64,000 nt of DNA from Antechinus flavipes (taxonomy: Eukaryota), in NCBI RefSeq assembly GCF_016432865.1, contig NC_067400.1, forward strand, positions 562,154,001 through 562,218,000, given 5' to 3'. Under the pieces are notes generated by a model. The model made no database searches. It saw nothing but the letters and a program-made list of their open reading frames with translations, and was not told the origin of the DNA. Of the stretch, positions 62,655 through 64,000 are shown one piece after another. Positions within the stretch are counted from its first letter, which is position 1; every line of letters begins with the position of its first letter. The translations under genes were made by a program, and so were the position numbers.

Positions 62655-63600
62655 AAAACAACTCTGAAATTGTACCTCTTTCTCAACAGATTGACAAAGA
62701 TGACAGAAGAAAATGGCAAATGTTGGAGAGATACTAGTGAATGGTCATTGGAACCCTGAATTGGTCCAGTCATTCTAGAAAGCAATTTGGAACTATGTCT
62801 TGCATACCCTTTGACCCAAATTAACCACTCCTAGACTTATACCTAAAGAGATCAAAGAAAGCATGTGTACATTCATATGACCATAGAAACTTGAAACTAA
62901 AAGGGCACTCACCTATTAGGGAATGATTAAAATGATTAAAATTATATGAATATAATGGGATATTATTGTGCTCCAAAAAATGACAAAATGGACAGTTTCA
63001 TAGGAAACCAAGAAGACCTTTACTAATTGATGCAGAGTAAAGTAAGCAGAACAATTTATATAATAGAATATAATGTTACGGAGGAAAAGCAACTTAAAAC
63101 ACTTTAGTACTCTAATTAATGTAATTGGAGACTGAGTTAGGGCTCAATGTGAATCTTGCAGATAGTAGGGCAGCTAAAGGTATTTGAAGAATTGATGTGA
63201 AAAAATTTTTCTGTCTGGGAAGTGGTCAAATTAGGGTCTCCTTCTTTGCCCTTGACCTTACCCTTGGGGGCAGCGGTCCCTTAACTCTCTGAACTAACTC
63301 TGGGTGCCCTGAGGTCCTTTATCTGATGCTGGTCTTTTGGTGTGGTTCCAGAGACGAGGTCAGCTTTGCTCAGACTAAAGAATGAATCTTGCCCCTTCCT
63401 ACCTCCCTTCTGTCTCCTGCCAGGAAGGTGACGGACTTAAAATCCAGAATGAGACATACATTTTTGGACATAGTCAATGTAAGAATTTGTTTTTACTAGA
63501 CTGTGCATATTTGTTTTTAGGATTTAAAAAATTGTTTTACTGGGGAAGAAGGGGGAGGAAAGAACTAATACATTTTTTAAAAGACAAAGCTAAAATCCTG
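62655..63600 (+). mobile_element. L1 ORF2 C-terminus and 3' UTR, interrupted by an LTR
   Basis: tggtccagtcattctagaaagcaatttggaactatg...cagaatgagacatacatttttggacat. Confidence 0.8.
63120..63410 (+). mobile_element. Probable solo LTR inside L1
   Basis: Starts TG (tgtaattggagactgagttaggg), is unrelated to the flanking L1 3' UTR and interrupts it; no TSD resolved. Confidence 0.5.
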
Positions 63601-64000
63601 TTGGTAAACAAAAATCTCCCCTGTTTCATGCCTCACTTCATGTTGATACTTAAAGGATCATTGATTGAGAGTTTCTTGCATATAGATACATTCATAGAGC
63701 ATAAAATATCAGAGCCTGGAGGGGCTGTGAAAGTCACTTAGTCCCCACCCCTTCATTCTACAAATGAAAGACTGGGGCTCCAAAAGAGAAGGGGGGCTTG
63801 ACTGAGGTCACATGTTAAGTCCGCTGCTGAGTCTAACCCTCTTGACCTTCAGCCTATGCTTATTCCTGATACACCAGACAAGAATGATATAGAGATAAAT
63901 TATAAATAATATACACATACATGTAATATAGCACACACATGTATACACACATATACAAATAGAAATAAATATGCACATCTATCTTAATATAGATGTATAT

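Overview
Eukaryotic, repeat-rich, CpG-depleted mammalian DNA. The SINE and LINE content points to an Australian marsupial, probably a dasyurid: WSINE1-type SINEs with target-site duplications, MAR1-type SINEs with a BovB-like tail, and RTE, L1, L2, CR1/L3 and hAT fragments. The window reads as a large intron or an intergenic desert and has two assembly gaps (3107-3286, 9944-10086). No complete protein-coding gene, rRNA, tRNA or CRISPR array can be supported; the listed ORFs are low-complexity or transposon artefacts. The best gene signal is a CpG-retaining segment near 45.85-46.43 kb with a strong minus-strand splice donor at 46035. It is either a 155-nt internal exon or a first exon of a gene I cannot name. 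Other notable structures are a 148-bp inverted templated insertion with a target duplication and a 27-bp triplication (54.5-56.2 kb), and a 36-nt motif shared by two loci 42 kb apart. There is also a 3.1-kb L2 retaining endonuclease and RT motifs, L2 and MIR pieces nested inside L1, a twin-primed L1, and several enhancer-like non-repetitive blocks. Repeat family names come from my recall of consensus sequences, not a database search, and most repeat boundaries are approximate.
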